Notes: generated by a model not told the origin, from the letters alone. A stretch of DNA of 64,000 nt from Pyrinomonadaceae bacterium (GCA_036522415.1 DATDFV010000230.1:43783-107782); one strand, 5' to 3'. Numbered from the stretch's first letter, positions 1 through 10,468 are shown. A program made the numbers and translations.

Positions 1-1134
1 GAGGTCGCGCCGCACATCAAGGAGTGGGATGAGAAGCAGCAGTTTGACCCTTCCGTTTTGCGAAAGATGGCGGAACTCAACCTGTTAGGAGTTTGTATTC
101 CAGAGGAATACGGAGGCGCTGGGTTTGACTACATTTCGTTGGGACTCGTGTGTGAAGAGTTGGAAGCTATCGATACGTTCCTGCGTGTTGTGATGTCGGT
201 CCATACCGGTCTGAATTCGTTAACGCTTTTGACCTGGGGAACTGAGGAGCAAAAGCAGAAGTATCTGGTCCCGCAGGCAAGGGGAGAGAAATTTGCGACG
301 TATGGCTTAACGGAACCCGGTGCTGGATCGGATGTGGTCGGAGCGCGGTCGACAGCTCGGCGTGATGGCGACGAATGGATTTTGAACGGCGAAAAAATGT
401 GGATCAGTCTTGCCGACGTAGCCGACAACTTCTTGTTCTTTTGTTGGACTGACGAAGAGAAGAGGCGCAAACGTGATCACAGCGGAATGTCATGCTTCAT
501 TGTCGAACGCACGATGAAAGGATTTTCATCAGGCACAATTCACGGCAAATTGGGAATTAGAGCAGGGAACACCGGTTACTTTTCGCTTCAGGACGTTCGT
601 GTTCCGCAGGCAAACATGGTTGGCGAGGAGGGTGAGGGGTTCAAGATCGCGATGTTCGCCCTGGAACAAGGACGCTACACGGTTGCTTCGGGCGCCACCG
701 GTGTTATTCGCGCTTCGAGAGACGCGGCGGTTGCCTATGCAAATACTCGCGAGACGTTTGGAACGAAGATCGCAAATCATCAACTTGTCAAACAGAAGAT
801 CGCTGAGATGGAAGCTGATTACCAGATGAGCCATCTGCTATGGCTACATGCCGGCTATTTAAAAAATGAGGGCAAGTCAAACGCGAAGGCGACGAGTTTA
901 GCGAAATGGCAGGCCACAACGCGCAGTGAAAAAGCGGCGTCGATGGCCATCGAAGTTCACGGAGCGAATGGCTATTCGAACGACTACCCGGTTGAACGCT
1001 ATTTGAGGAATTGCAAGGCAGCGATCATTTACGAAGGAACGCGTGACATACATACATTGATGCAGGCTGATTGGGCGTTGGGATTGAAGAAAGAGAAACC
1101 TGCGCGAAAGACGCTGCCAGCATGGAAAAAGTAG
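1..1134 (+). CDS. acyl-CoA dehydrogenase (5'-partial, continues upstream of window)
   Basis: Frame 1 is open from position 1 (EVAPHIKEWDEKQQF...). The translation shows the ACAD fold: LTEPGAGSD, a catalytic-region YEGT motif and a C-terminal helical domain. Stop at 1132-1134. Confidence 0.85.
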   Translation, partial: EVAPHIKEWDEKQQFDPSVLRKMAELNLLGVCIPEEYGGAGFDYISLGLVCEELEAIDTFLRVVMSVHTGLNSLTLLTWGTEEQKQKYLVPQARGEKFATYGLTEPGAGSDVVGARSTARRDGDEWILNGEKMWISLADVADNFLFFCWTDEEKRRKRDHSGMSCFIVERTMKGFSSGTIHGKLGIRAGNTGYFSLQDVRVPQANMVGEEGEGFKIAMFALEQGRYTVASGATGVIRASRDAAVAYANTRETFGTKIANHQLVKQKIAEMEADYQMSHLLWLHAGYLKNEGKSNAKATSLAKWQATTRSEKAASMAIEVHGANGYSNDYPVERYLRNCKAAIIYEGTRDIHTLMQADWALGLKKEKPARKTLPAWKK

Positions 1135-1191
1135 ACGCGGCAGACGCGGCTGCAGCGACATCGTAACGCGTATCCATGATCGAATGATTGC

Positions 1192-1765
1192 ATGCAAATA
1201 TCGACGGCTTTAAGCAGAGCTATCGTAGCGTTTGCCGCAACAAACCTGGACGATATTTTTGTCCTCACTTTTTTCTTCGCGCAAAGAATCTCCAAGTCTG
1301 GCGAGTTGTCTTAGGTCAGTATCTGGGAATCGCCGGCCTGGTTCTTGTCAGTCTTGTAGGTTTTTTGCAAGTCTGATTATTCCTTACAAGTGGATTAGTC
1401 TTTTAGGGTTGATTCCAATAGCGATTGGCGTAAGAAAGCTAATTGCGTTGAAAGGAGAGCAGGCGGAGAAAATTGGAGTAAGGCGTGTTGAATCGTCCCT
1501 GACTGTAGCCGCGATAACCTTTGCGAACGGTGGAGACAATGTCGCGATTTATACACCGCTATTTGCAAGCAGCACATGGGCCGCCTTGATTCTTACATTG
1601 ATTACGTTTTCGGTAATGATTGGTTTATGGTGCGTAGCAGGTTATGCGATTGGTAATCACTTCGTTGTGATTCGATTGATAGATCGATATGGCCACATCC
1701 TCGTGCCGTTCATTTTTATTGGACTCGGCGCCTACATTCTTGTCGGCTCTCAAACCCATTTATGA
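1192..1765 (+). pseudogene. cadD: CadD-family cadmium resistance transporter, disrupted by two single-base frameshifts
   Basis: ATG at 1192 gives MQISTALSRAIVAFAATNLDDIFVLTFFFAQRISKSGELS, ending at TAG 1312-1314. CadD-like sequence continues in a second frame (LGQYLGIAGLVLVSLVGF, ending at TGA). It then moves to a third frame (FFASLIIPYKWISLLGLIPIAIGVRKL... to 1765). The second shift sits in a T6 run at 1361-1366 where T7 would restore the frame. Confidence 0.6.
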
Positions 1766-1834
1766 TCAAGACACCAGGAGCTTCCCACCTGCGACAAACA
1801 TCTGTGAAGCTCCTGTAAAACAAGTGTCTGAAGA

Positions 1835-3775
1835 TCAGTTGTGTGAGAGAAAGACGTCCCAGGCCCACCGCGCAATTTTGCCCTCTTGAGTGTCTTTGAC
1901 TTTTGCTCGATACCGAAACTCATTTCCAAACTGATCAGTACGTTTCGATTCCTTAAAATCAAATTCCAACTCTTTGATGTTTTGTGATGCGAGTGTGTGG
2001 AGCTCGCCGGTGTCAACCATTCCGTTGTGATTTGAATCCTGCCACAGCCGTAATCGTGAAAACACAGCATCCTGGCCATTAATTACTCCATCGCCATTTC
2101 CACCGTTCGCATCTGTGTCAAATTCAGCGAGAGCCAGAAATCCATTCTTGTTTGGACTGTCCGGCTGTGGGGTAAAATTTCCGAAAAGCTCAGAACCATC
2201 GTCGATATTTCCATTTCCGTTTCGATCGAGCGCGAGCCAGGCATCGTCTGAGTTAGCACGCGTCCATCCCAATCGATCTCTTGTGCCATTGCCGTTAAGA
2301 TCGAAATCAACGCCGTTAGCTGGATCAGTCAGAGCGATTCCATCTCCGTTCACGTCAATGATCACTGGAGACCCACCGATACACTTACATGTCAAAAAAT
2401 CGAAATCGCCGTCAAGCATCAAGCACTTACTGATTGCCGTTGCGCTGCAAGAACTGGTTGTTGAGAAGCAACATAGTCCCGTTCCATTCGGAGTGCTGCC
2501 CGGCGGACAACTGCCGTCAAAACCTGGAGTGGTGCAGCTACCCCCTGCTGTCGAGCCACCGCTGCAAGTGTGGTTCAGTATTACTTCTCCATTCCATACA
2601 TCGCCACCTACCAGGTGAATGCTGGAACCTGAACCCGACCAGGTTACCGTGAAGCCGCATCCGAGCACAGAACAATTACCCGTGCCAACGCCCCTTGCGC
2701 CGAAGCAAGAGATCTGCGTTGCTTTACTTCCCGTTGCGGTCTGAACTTTGTCCAATACTTTATTAGCGTGGTAGAAGAATAAGTTCGATATCTCTCCGTT
2801 CTCATAGGTGTATACGTCCGTAATACTAACCTGACAGCGCTGCTGGTTATTTGCTTCATCAAAACAAACTCCCTGCATGCCGACGGTTTCTCCATGTGCC
2901 CCGGAGATATGCTCTCTTCTGTCTTCGACTGTTCTCCTAACTATTGGGCCCGAGGTGGTCGCAGATGGGGAATAGTCCCCACCGGAGTTGATTCCGGAAT
3001 CGACACCATCACCATCTCCGCTTGCCATAGCCGAGCTATATGCAGCCACCGGGGGGCTAAAAGGATCGGGATCATTTTGTGACTCCATGACGGGACCCGG
3101 TTCGTTCCACACGTCCGTCACGGTTCCACCCGAGCCAACTATGCTGTCCCAAAACGTTGGTTTCAATGCGCCCTGAAACTTGTAAGGATTGTGAAACAGA
3201 GCCAAAGCCTTGTACGTCTTAGTCTTGCCTTGATAAGTAACGGTGACGACGTAAGCGGCGTACTCGCCGATATCAAAATCTTTGTGAGACTGAAAGCTCA
3301 TCACGTCGGCTATCGTCCATTGCGGTTCAAAGATTGCGGCATACTGTCCTGCGGTCCACTCCGCTTTGTACGAGACTGCAGGTTTGTCTTCATTTTCGCT
3401 TGTTTCTGATCTGATTAAGAGTAGGATCTCGCCAGTTGGCAGAGACACAAGCTCTTCTGCGCGCGTCAATGCAATTTCCTTAATAGGACCCACACGAAAA
3501 TTGGTTAGTTCAAACTTCAATACAGAATTTTCATCTAAAGGTGCCGATTTGGTCCTATCGGAAGTCTGAGCAGCACCATTCAACTTGGTGAGTTTTTCAT
3601 ACGTCGAACGCACAACCATTTCTTCGGGTGTGGGCGCCGTCGCTTTCTGTATTGAAATAGGTGATTTAGTTCGGCGACTCTCTGTTCCAGCAGTTTCCGT
3701 TTGCGCAAACAAAGCTCTGCAACCGATGACGCAAAGGAGTAAAGTGAGACTGAGCAGGCAGGCTTTTTTCTTCAT
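1835..3775 (-). CDS. secreted or lipoprotein, Cys-rich central region with C-terminal EF-hand-like Ca-binding repeats
   Basis: The ORF starts at 3823, but the likely start is MKKKACLLSLTLLLCVIGC (signal/lipobox) with AAGGGA 9-13 nt upstream. The C-terminal 150 aa carries DxNxNG loops (DSNHNGMVDTGE, DRNGNGNIDDGSE, DVNGDGIALTD). Confidence 0.7.
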   Translation of the reverse strand: MKKKACLLSLTLLLCVIGCRALFAQTETAGTESRRTKSPISIQKATAPTPEEMVVRSTYEKLTKLNGAAQTSDRTKSAPLDENSVLKFELTNFRVGPIKEIALTRAEELVSLPTGEILLLIRSETSENEDKPAVSYKAEWTAGQYAAIFEPQWTIADVMSFQSHKDFDIGEYAAYVVTVTYQGKTKTYKALALFHNPYKFQGALKPTFWDSIVGSGGTVTDVWNEPGPVMESQNDPDPFSPPVAAYSSAMASGDGDGVDSGINSGGDYSPSATTSGPIVRRTVEDRREHISGAHGETVGMQGVCFDEANNQQRCQVSITDVYTYENGEISNLFFYHANKVLDKVQTATGSKATQISCFGARGVGTGNCSVLGCGFTVTWSGSGSSIHLVGGDVWNGEVILNHTCSGGSTAGGSCTTPGFDGSCPPGSTPNGTGLCCFSTTSSCSATAISKCLMLDGDFDFLTCKCIGGSPVIIDVNGDGIALTDPANGVDFDLNGNGTRDRLGWTRANSDDAWLALDRNGNGNIDDGSELFGNFTPQPDSPNKNGFLALAEFDTDANGGNGDGVINGQDAVFSRLRLWQDSNHNGMVDTGELHTLASQNIKELEFDFKESKRTDQFGNEFRYRAKVKDTQEGKIARWAWDVFLSHN

Positions 3776-3788
3776 AAATTCCATCCCT

Positions 3789-4871
3789 TCAATTTTGCGA
3801 GGTTGAGGATTTGACTTGAGCACTCTTCAATTCGTGCTCAATCACTTCACTGAATTCTTCAAAGGTAACCGCGCCGCGGAGAACTTTTCCGTTGATTATG
3901 AAAGTTGGGGTTCCTTCAATACCAAGTCTTCGAGCTTCTGCTAGATCGGCCATTACCGCAGTCTGCGATTCCATTGAGGACAGACATTCATTGAACAGTT
4001 CAGAATTAAGCCTCAAGTCACGTCCAATTTGGTTGATGGTGGATTGAGATAGTTCCGCAGCTGCGAATAACGCGTCGTGAACTTGCCAGAAGGCTCCTTG
4101 TTTCCCTCCACAAAAAGCAGCTTTAGCAGCGGGAAAAGCAAATGGATGTGTCTCGATAGGTAGTGATTTGAACTGAAGTTTGACTTGAGGTGCGTAGCCC
4201 TGCATTACACGGCTTATGGTTAGTTGCGCTTCCTTGCAGTAAGGACACTGGAAATCTGAGAACTCCGTGATCACCACTCTTGCGCTTGCTGGACCTTTTG
4301 TTGCCGCGGGATCCTCATTTCTTGAAACGATCAGTCGAGGTTCCTCAAGTAAGACATCTATCTTGGTCTTTTGCCGAAGTGCGGAGATCTCATCACGGTA
4401 TCGTTTGAGACGAACTTGCGACTCGAGATCCATGCGTAATTTTTCCTTTGCTTCGTCCGGATTCATTAGCCCAAACGCGGAGCGATTTTTCAGGTACAGC
4501 TCGTTGACTTGTGCCTCGTCGACCACTACTGGTCCAGACATCCACTTATTCTTAAGCTCATTAACAGATAGCCTTTGCCGGCCTGCCTCTCCTTCTACAA
4601 TTTTTTTTGCTATCAGGTTAGTTAGTGTGGCCCGTCGCAGCGCAAATAATTGTTGTTGGAGGGCATAGATCTGCCCGCTGGCAACCTGATCGATCTCTTG
4701 TTCTGTGATGATCTGCTCTCCCACTCTTGCGACGATGGTTTGCTGGTCCTGTCCTTTGACAGTGGCTGTAACAATGAATAGACCGAGAAATACGATCGAT
4801 GTAGCTCGCACTCGTCGCGATTTCAGAAGAGATTTTTTATTACGCTGAGGGGTCGATGAGGATTTGTACAT
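3789..4871 (-). CDS. DsbA-family thiol:disulfide oxidoreductase with N-terminal membrane anchor and coiled-coil extension
   Basis: CPYC active-site motif (FSDFQCPYCKEAQ) in a thioredoxin fold. N-terminal TM segment LGLFIVTATV. Confidence 0.8.
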   Translation of the reverse strand: MYKSSSTPQRNKKSLLKSRRVRATSIVFLGLFIVTATVKGQDQQTIVARVGEQIITEQEIDQVASGQIYALQQQLFALRRATLTNLIAKKIVEGEAGRQRLSVNELKNKWMSGPVVVDEAQVNELYLKNRSAFGLMNPDEAKEKLRMDLESQVRLKRYRDEISALRQKTKIDVLLEEPRLIVSRNEDPAATKGPASARVVITEFSDFQCPYCKEAQLTISRVMQGYAPQVKLQFKSLPIETHPFAFPAAKAAFCGGKQGAFWQVHDALFAAAELSQSTINQIGRDLRLNSELFNECLSSMESQTAVMADLAEARRLGIEGTPTFIINGKVLRGAVTFEEFSEVIEHELKSAQVKSSTSQN

Positions 4872-5042
4872 TTATCAGGTCTCCAAAACTTGTTGCCACG
4901 CGAAGTAGTACTGATGGCAATTGAGTTTGATTTATTGAAGCCCTGGTGAGGCGACGCGCGACACGATATTTCATGTCCGTTAGTTCGTCAACAATTCTTT
5001 GTTGTCTAAAACGGCTAATTCTTGCCTAATCTGGCTATGCAT

Positions 5043-5390
5043 TCACTTCTTTCGCTTTCCGCTCTTCTTTGGCCCACGGTTCATCAATCGATAAGCGGTG
5101 GGCGACACGCCGTACGTCTTCTTAAAAGCACGTGCAAAATTGCTGCTTGAAGTCATGCCCAGTTGCATGACGATCTCTTTAATCGAAAAGAAAGTTGTTC
5201 TCAGCAAGCCCTCTGCCGCTCGTAATCGTACAGACTTCAAGTACTGGCTCAATGCCGTACCGGTTTCATGTCTGAAGAGGTGACGAAGGCGTGACGGTGA
5301 TAGATGAACCAGTTGCGCTAACTCTGACGGACAACACGTGCCCGGATCACTCTCGATTCGGGAGATAACAAGTATGATTCTTCGATCCAT
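5043..5390 (-). CDS. AraC-type HTH domain protein (stand-alone HTH, 115 aa)
   Basis: Tandem HTH motif typical of the AraC/XylS family (ELAQLVHLSPSRLRHLFR...FFSIKEIVMQLGMTSSSNFARAFKKTYGVSPTAYR). Confidence 0.65.
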   Translation of the reverse strand: MDRRIILVISRIESDPGTCCPSELAQLVHLSPSRLRHLFRHETGTALSQYLKSVRLRAAEGLLRTTFFSIKEIVMQLGMTSSSNFARAFKKTYGVSPTAYRLMNRGPKKSGKRKK

Positions 5391-5508
5391 GGATGAGGAC
5401 TCGGAGCCGAAGACGACTGAGTAGGAGACTGCGTGAGATTACGCGTCCAATTTTCGTTTGTCTACAAAAAACAAGGGCGAGACTAGCTCGCCCTAAGACT
5501 AACAAAAT

Positions 5509-6585
5509 CTACTTTCGGGCTTCGAAGATACGATTGAATGGAGTTTCTGCTGTTCGTCGAAAATCTTTGAAGCCACCTCTCAACACCGTGTCACGAAGAG
5601 CGGCCTCAGTCGCCACTGCGCCCAACGCAGGTCCATTTGAAGCAAGCGAGTTAGATGTGCAACACAGAGTAGAAGCGCCTGCGAACGTTCGTCCAATCGG
5701 ATTGAAGTTCTCCTCCACGCTATTGCCAGCCATCGGTTCAACAATCAACAGTGAGCCATCGGAAGCAAGAACCTCGGCCGCGCGTTTGCATGCACCAACC
5801 GGATCGCCCATGTCGTGCAAACAGTCAAAGAAGGTAATCAAGTCGTATTGATTGTCTGGTACTGATTGAGCGTCGGAGATTTCGAAGTGAATTCGATCGT
5901 TCACACCTGCGCCGGCTGCACGCTCTTTGGCGGAGTTGATCGAAGGTTCGTGATTATCGAAAGCCCAAAACTCTGAATTCGGATAAACCTGGGCCATGAT
6001 GATTGTTGATGCTCCATGCCCGCATCCGACATCAGCGACTCTCGCTCCGGCTTTCAATTTACTTTCAACTCCGGTAAGCGATGGGATCCACGATGCAGTC
6101 AGGTGGGCGGCGTACCCAGGACGGAAGAAACGTTCCGTGCCGACAAAGAGATCGGGATGATGTTCACCCCAAAACATGCCGCCTCCGCTGCGAAAGTGGT
6201 TTTCAATTCGTTCCACAGCTTGAGTCATGGCTTTAATGACATAAAAGCCGCCGCCTACATAGAACGGGCTGTTTTGATCAGTCAGTGCGACGGTCTGCTC
6301 GGCCGAAAGACTGTAGTGACCATTTTCGGCATCGTAATCAACGTAGCCGCCTGCGGCCTGATTTATTAGCCACTCTCTGATGTAACGTTCGTTGGTATTT
6401 GTCTGCCGGGCGAGTTCCTCGGGGGAGATGTGGCCAGCCTTTGCAATGGCCTCGTACAGACCAAGCTTTTGACCGATGTAGGCAAGAGAAGAACTAAGCG
6501 ATGCACCAAAATCGCTTACGACCTTGCCGAGAAACGCGTTCATTTTGTCTTCATTGATTTCTCTGTACTGAATTGTTGATGACAT
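5509..6585 (-). CDS. class I SAM-dependent methyltransferase
   Basis: VADVGCGHGAS SAM-binding motif I. Start chosen at MSSTIQY (ATG 6585) with GGAGG 5 nt upstream. The ORF track extends to 6732 through a His-rich stretch (HPHHNHHHPY) that lacks an RBS. Confidence 0.8.
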   Translation of the reverse strand: MSSTIQYREINEDKMNAFLGKVVSDFGASLSSSLAYIGQKLGLYEAIAKAGHISPEELARQTNTNERYIREWLINQAAGGYVDYDAENGHYSLSAEQTVALTDQNSPFYVGGGFYVIKAMTQAVERIENHFRSGGGMFWGEHHPDLFVGTERFFRPGYAAHLTASWIPSLTGVESKLKAGARVADVGCGHGASTIIMAQVYPNSEFWAFDNHEPSINSAKERAAGAGVNDRIHFEISDAQSVPDNQYDLITFFDCLHDMGDPVGACKRAAEVLASDGSLLIVEPMAGNSVEENFNPIGRTFAGASTLCCTSNSLASNGPALGAVATEAALRDTVLRGGFKDFRRTAETPFNRIFEARK

Positions 6586-6855
6586 AAGACCTCCGGGTGA
6601 ATATGGATGATGATGATTATGATGGGGATGGCTAAGAGTTTCTCCAGAGGACGTTTCGGCGGTCAAGTCGAATGAAGGATTTTTGCTTTGACGATTACTG
6701 AGGCGTTTTTGCAGAGATAAGACCGGGGTCATAGATAAGCAGAGGCTACAAATTTGTAGGTCGCTCTGTTAGTATGGCGCGAGCATTCTTCATCAGTGAG
6801 CGAGCGGCGATTAATCCCGTCTGGCGGCTGACATTTCCCAATCAGGAGCTAATCT

Positions 6856-7905
6856 ATGGGTCACGAGCTTAGGACAGAGCGCGAGCTATCTCTCGACTTC
6901 TTGCGTGTATGCGAGGCGGCGGCGATTGCTGCTGCCAGGACGATGGGCCAGGGCGATCGCAAGTACTCCGACCATGTTGCTGTAGAAGCAATGCGCGAAG
7001 TGATGGACACTGTTCCAATGCGTGGCCGCGTGGTGATCGGCGAGGGTGAACGTGATGAAGCACCCATGCTCTACATCGGTGAAGAGGTTGGTGGCGGATT
7101 CGGCGTTGGTGAGGAAATGGCTGACTCGTGTCCTGAAGTTGATATCGCAGTTGATCCGCTCGAAGGAACCAACCTCTGCGCGCTCGGCGCTAATAATGCA
7201 ATTGCGGTCTTGGCTGCGGCTGAGCGTGGTGGTTTGCTCAACGCGCCTGATATCTATATGGACAAGATCGTCGTGGGTCCATCGTCACGAGGTGTTGTTG
7301 ACATTGATGCGCCAGTCAAAGACAACCTCAAAAATGTTGCGCGTCGTCTGGGACGAGATGTTGAAGATTTGACAGTGATCGTCCTGGATCGCTCTCGTCA
7401 TAAGAAATTGATTGCTGATGTGCGTGAGACAGGTGCGCGTATCCGTTTGATTTCCGACGGTGACTTATCGGCGGGTATATCCGCCGCAGTTGCCGGCACG
7501 AACATTCACGCGTTGATGGGAATTGGCGGAGCGCCGGAAGGCGTCATTACTGCGGCAGCTATGAAGTGTTTGAACGGGGAGATTCAGGCTCGACTCGTTT
7601 TCGATGCTGAAAAGCTTGGCGTTGACAAGGCCAAGGTTCCATCGCATGAAGAAGTGATGGAGAGGCTCGAGTCGATGGGAATTAGAGATCCAAACAAAGT
7701 TTACGATACGGACGACCTGGCGCCCGGAAAGAAGATTATTTTTGCAGCGACGGGTGTGACCGATGGAGCACTCTTAAAAGGCGTACGTTTCTTCGGGGCC
7801 GGCAAACGTACACATTCAATGGTTATGACGACCGAGTCTCGTCATATTCGATTTGTTGATACGTTGCACATCGAAGGTGGTCCGGACACGGTCATAAGGT
7901 TTTGA
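6856..7905 (+). CDS. glpX: fructose-1,6-bisphosphatase class II (GlpX)
   Basis: Full-length GlpX family signature (DxxxVEAMREV, metal-binding [14 protein letters not shown]...DPLEGT). AGGAG RBS upstream. Confidence 0.9.
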   Translation: MGHELRTERELSLDFLRVCEAAAIAAARTMGQGDRKYSDHVAVEAMREVMDTVPMRGRVVIGEGERDEAPMLYIGEEVGGGFGVGEEMADSCPEVDIAVDPLEGTNLCALGANNAIAVLAAAERGGLLNAPDIYMDKIVVGPSSRGVVDIDAPVKDNLKNVARRLGRDVEDLTVIVLDRSRHKKLIADVRETGARIRLISDGDLSAGISAAVAGTNIHALMGIGGAPEGVITAAAMKCLNGEIQARLVFDAEKLGVDKAKVPSHEEVMERLESMGIRDPNKVYDTDDLAPGKKIIFAATGVTDGALLKGVRFFGAGKRTHSMVMTTESRHIRFVDTLHIEGGPDTVIRF

Positions 7906-7994
7906 AGATCTCAGATCTCAGATCCCAGATCTCAGATTTGTTTTTGAGGTTCGTAGTGCCGTTTAGATCTCAGATCTGGGATCTGTGATCTGGG
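7906..7994. repeat. family A palindromic element: inverted tandem AGATCYC heptamer arrays
   Basis: agatctc agatctc agatccc agatctc agat, a 30-nt spacer, then gagatct gggatct gtgatct ggg. It starts 1 nt after the glpX stop. Confidence 0.85.
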
Positions 7995-8008
7995 CATCCG
8001 GATTACAC

Positions 8009-8614
8009 ATGCCGCTTTCACCAACTGAGTATCAATCACAGACTCAACGCTCTGTCGTACCGTTTCTCTTTTGGCTAGGGTGCGTTGCGATTGCTCTCTG
8101 TGTCATTAGTTTGATCGTCGGTGCGCCGTTAGCGGCAGCCTCCAACCATCAGCAATTCGCTGTCGCGATCTACCATTCGTTCAAGACGCTTTGTCATCAA
8201 CTTCCAGAACGATCGTTTTTTATTGCCGGCCACCAGCTTGCGGTCTGTGCTCGATGTACAGGATTGTACGGCGGATTTACCCTGGTATTGTTTCTCTATC
8301 CGTTGCTTCGGAGCTTACATTCCACGGATGTGCCCAAGGTGAAGTGGCTTTTTCTCGCCGCAACCCCGTTAGCAATAGATTTTAGTTTGACGTTGTTTGG
8401 TCTTTGGGAAAACACGCACACCTCACGTTTGTTGACCGGAATGTTGTTGGGTGGCGTTACGGTGTTTTACGTAATGCCTGGAATCCTGGAGCTGGCGCAG
8501 CGTGCTACCCGGGTTAGCCCGCAATCCACGATCGAGGGAACGTTCACGCTGGTTTCTCCCGAGGCGATTGCAGCCGCTCCGAGTGATTACAGCGCACCGC
8601 AGCGGAGAATTTGA
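8009..8614 (+). CDS. DUF2085-like membrane protein
   Basis: CHQLPERSFFIAGHQLAVCARCTGLYGG motif with 4 TM helices. Start moved to MPLSP because the ORF's first 8 codons lie inside the family A repeat. Confidence 0.6.
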   Translation: MPLSPTEYQSQTQRSVVPFLFWLGCVAIALCVISLIVGAPLAAASNHQQFAVAIYHSFKTLCHQLPERSFFIAGHQLAVCARCTGLYGGFTLVLFLYPLLRSLHSTDVPKVKWLFLAATPLAIDFSLTLFGLWENTHTSRLLTGMLLGGVTVFYVMPGILELAQRATRVSPQSTIEGTFTLVSPEAIAAAPSDYSAPQRRI

Positions 8615-8767
8615 ACAGGCTACTGAGTACGACAGGTTAGCCTGTCGTGGTTCGGTTTGGGATGACAGGCTGACAGCGTGTCGTACGTTTCGTGGTTTGG
8701 AGCGGTTAGGTTAGAATCACTGCCGCAATCGAGCGGTCGAAGTGACCAATCAGAGCATTATCTGAGG

Positions 8768-8796
8768 CGCCGTCGGGCAGTAGCTGACGGCGTTTT
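8768..8796 (+). terminator. hairpin + T5 (terminator/attenuator-like) 38 nt upstream of the GT2 gene
   Basis: CGCCGTC, a 10-nt loop, GACGGCG, then TTTTT. Confidence 0.35.
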
Positions 8797-8833
8797 TGGG
8801 TGTAAAGCCTAAGATTCTTGTAGTTAGTTACTT

Positions 8834-10468
8834 ATGATTTTTCAAAGCCCAGCCGCAACCCCCTGGCCAACGCCGATAGGGCCAGGTCCGGACGCCGTTT
8901 TTGCAAAGTACTATCACGACCTCGTTAACAAAACCTGGGCGAACATCAGCCCGCTCTATCAACTCGACACCTTCGACTACATCATTCTCTTTTCCTACTT
9001 TTCCATTCTCTTTCTTTTGGCAGTCTACGGTGCGTACCGCATCAAACAGGTCATTGACTTCTGGCGTTATCGAAACTTTGTTCCCGAGCCTGCCGGACAT
9101 TTCGCTGAGGAAGAACTGCCCGTAATCACGGTTCAACTACCGCTCTTTAACGAGTTGTACGTAGTGGACCGTTTGCTCAAGGCAGTCACAGCTTTCGACT
9201 ATCCGCGCGAGAAGTTGGAGATTCAGGTTCTCGATGATTCAACGGACGAAACCGTAAAAGTGGCTGAAGCCGTAGTTGCGAAATATGCCGCGCAGGGTTT
9301 CGACATTCATTACATCCATCGAACCGACCGCACCGGATTTAAGGCGGGTGCACTCGAAAACGGAAATAGAACCGCAAAAGGCGAGTTGCTCGCGATCTTT
9401 GATGCCGATTTTGTTCCGAAGCCTGATTGCCTGAGAAAGTTAGTTCATTTCTTTACTGATCCTCTAGTCGGCTGCGCCCAAATGCGCTGGGCCCACATCA
9501 ACGGCAATTACAATCTGCTAACTCGCCTGCAGACGATCATGCTTGACGGCCACTTTGTGGTTGAACAAACTACGCGCAACCGGACTGGAGGCTTCTTCAA
9601 CTTCAACGGTACCGCAGGCATCTGGCGCCGGCAGGCGATTGAGATGAGTGGAGGTTGGCAGCACGATACCTTGACCGAAGACACCGACCTCAGCTTCCGG
9701 GCGCAATTGATGGGATGGAGATTCATCTATCTCCTCGATGAGGAAGCTCCGGCCGAAATACCCGTTGAGATTAACGCATTCAAGGCTCAGCAACGGCGTT
9801 GGGCCAAGGGCGTGATGCAGGTTGGCCTGAAGCTATATCCTCGCATTTGGCGCGTGCCACTTCCTTTTCGAGTGAAGCTCGAGATGTTTTTCCGTCTAAC
9901 CGGAAACATCAGTTATCCGCTGATGATTGTGGCAAGTTTTCTGCAGTTTCCACTGTTGCTTGTTCGTTACAACCAACCGTTTTACCACTTAATGATCTTA
10001 GATTTGCCGCTGCTGTTCTTCTCATCGATTTCTGTTGTTTTGTTTTATGGAACCGCTGTCTGGTATCTCGATGATCGACGCACTCCACGTCTATTGCACT
10101 TGCCACTGGTAATGGCGTTGGGTATTGGCCTGGCTTTCTCAAATGCACGTGCTGTCCTCGAGGCGCTCTTAGGTGTTAAGACGGATTTTATTCGCACACC
10201 GAAATATCGTGTTGAAGACACCACTGATGCGACGTGGAAACGAAAGAAGTACAGAAGGAAGCGCGGTCTTTTGCCGTTACTTGAACTCAGCTTCGCGATT
10301 TACTTCCTCTTAGCCATTCTTTACTCGGTTCGGTTACACATGTGGGGAACGATTCCATTTCTCACGCTGTTCTTCTTTGGCTTTGGTTACATGGGTGTGA
10401 TGAGCTTGTTGCAAACTGCCAGTGGGAAGCGGATCGCAGCATTCTGGAAACCGATAAAAGCCCGATAG
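8834..10468 (+). CDS. family 2 glycosyltransferase, processive type
   Basis: DDSTDET, DAD, TED and QQRRW (QxxRW) motifs. Multiple TM helices at both ends. Confidence 0.85.
   Translation: MIFQSPAATPWPTPIGPGPDAVFAKYYHDLVNKTWANISPLYQLDTFDYIILFSYFSILFLLAVYGAYRIKQVIDFWRYRNFVPEPAGHFAEEELPVITVQLPLFNELYVVDRLLKAVTAFDYPREKLEIQVLDDSTDETVKVAEAVVAKYAAQGFDIHYIHRTDRTGFKAGALENGNRTAKGELLAIFDADFVPKPDCLRKLVHFFTDPLVGCAQMRWAHINGNYNLLTRLQTIMLDGHFVVEQTTRNRTGGFFNFNGTAGIWRRQAIEMSGGWQHDTLTEDTDLSFRAQLMGWRFIYLLDEEAPAEIPVEINAFKAQQRRWAKGVMQVGLKLYPRIWRVPLPFRVKLEMFFRLTGNISYPLMIVASFLQFPLLLVRYNQPFYHLMILDLPLLFFSSISVVLFYGTAVWYLDDRRTPRLLHLPLVMALGIGLAFSNARAVLEALLGVKTDFIRTPKYRVEDTTDATWKRKKYRRKRGLLPLLELSFAIYFLLAILYSVRLHMWGTIPFLTLFFFGFGYMGVMSLLQTASGKRIAAFWKPIKAR

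Noticed and set aside
5393-5851. 152-aa plus-strand ORF (Arg/Ser-rich)
   Set aside because: It is antisense to the 3' part of the methyltransferase gene and the AraC-HTH intergenic region, with a low-complexity Arg-rich translation. It is likely spurious.
6586-6732. His-rich N-terminal extension (HPHHNHHHPY) of the methyltransferase ORF
   Set aside because: A strong GGAGG RBS precedes the internal ATG at 6585 and none precedes 6732. The extension is probably untranslated, although a natural His-rich N-terminus cannot be fully excluded.
8625-8657. Hairpin gacaggcta...tagcctgtc and a nearby gacaggct repeat downstream of the DUF2085 gene
   Set aside because: A single short stem with no T-tract. 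There is insufficient evidence for a terminator or repeat family.
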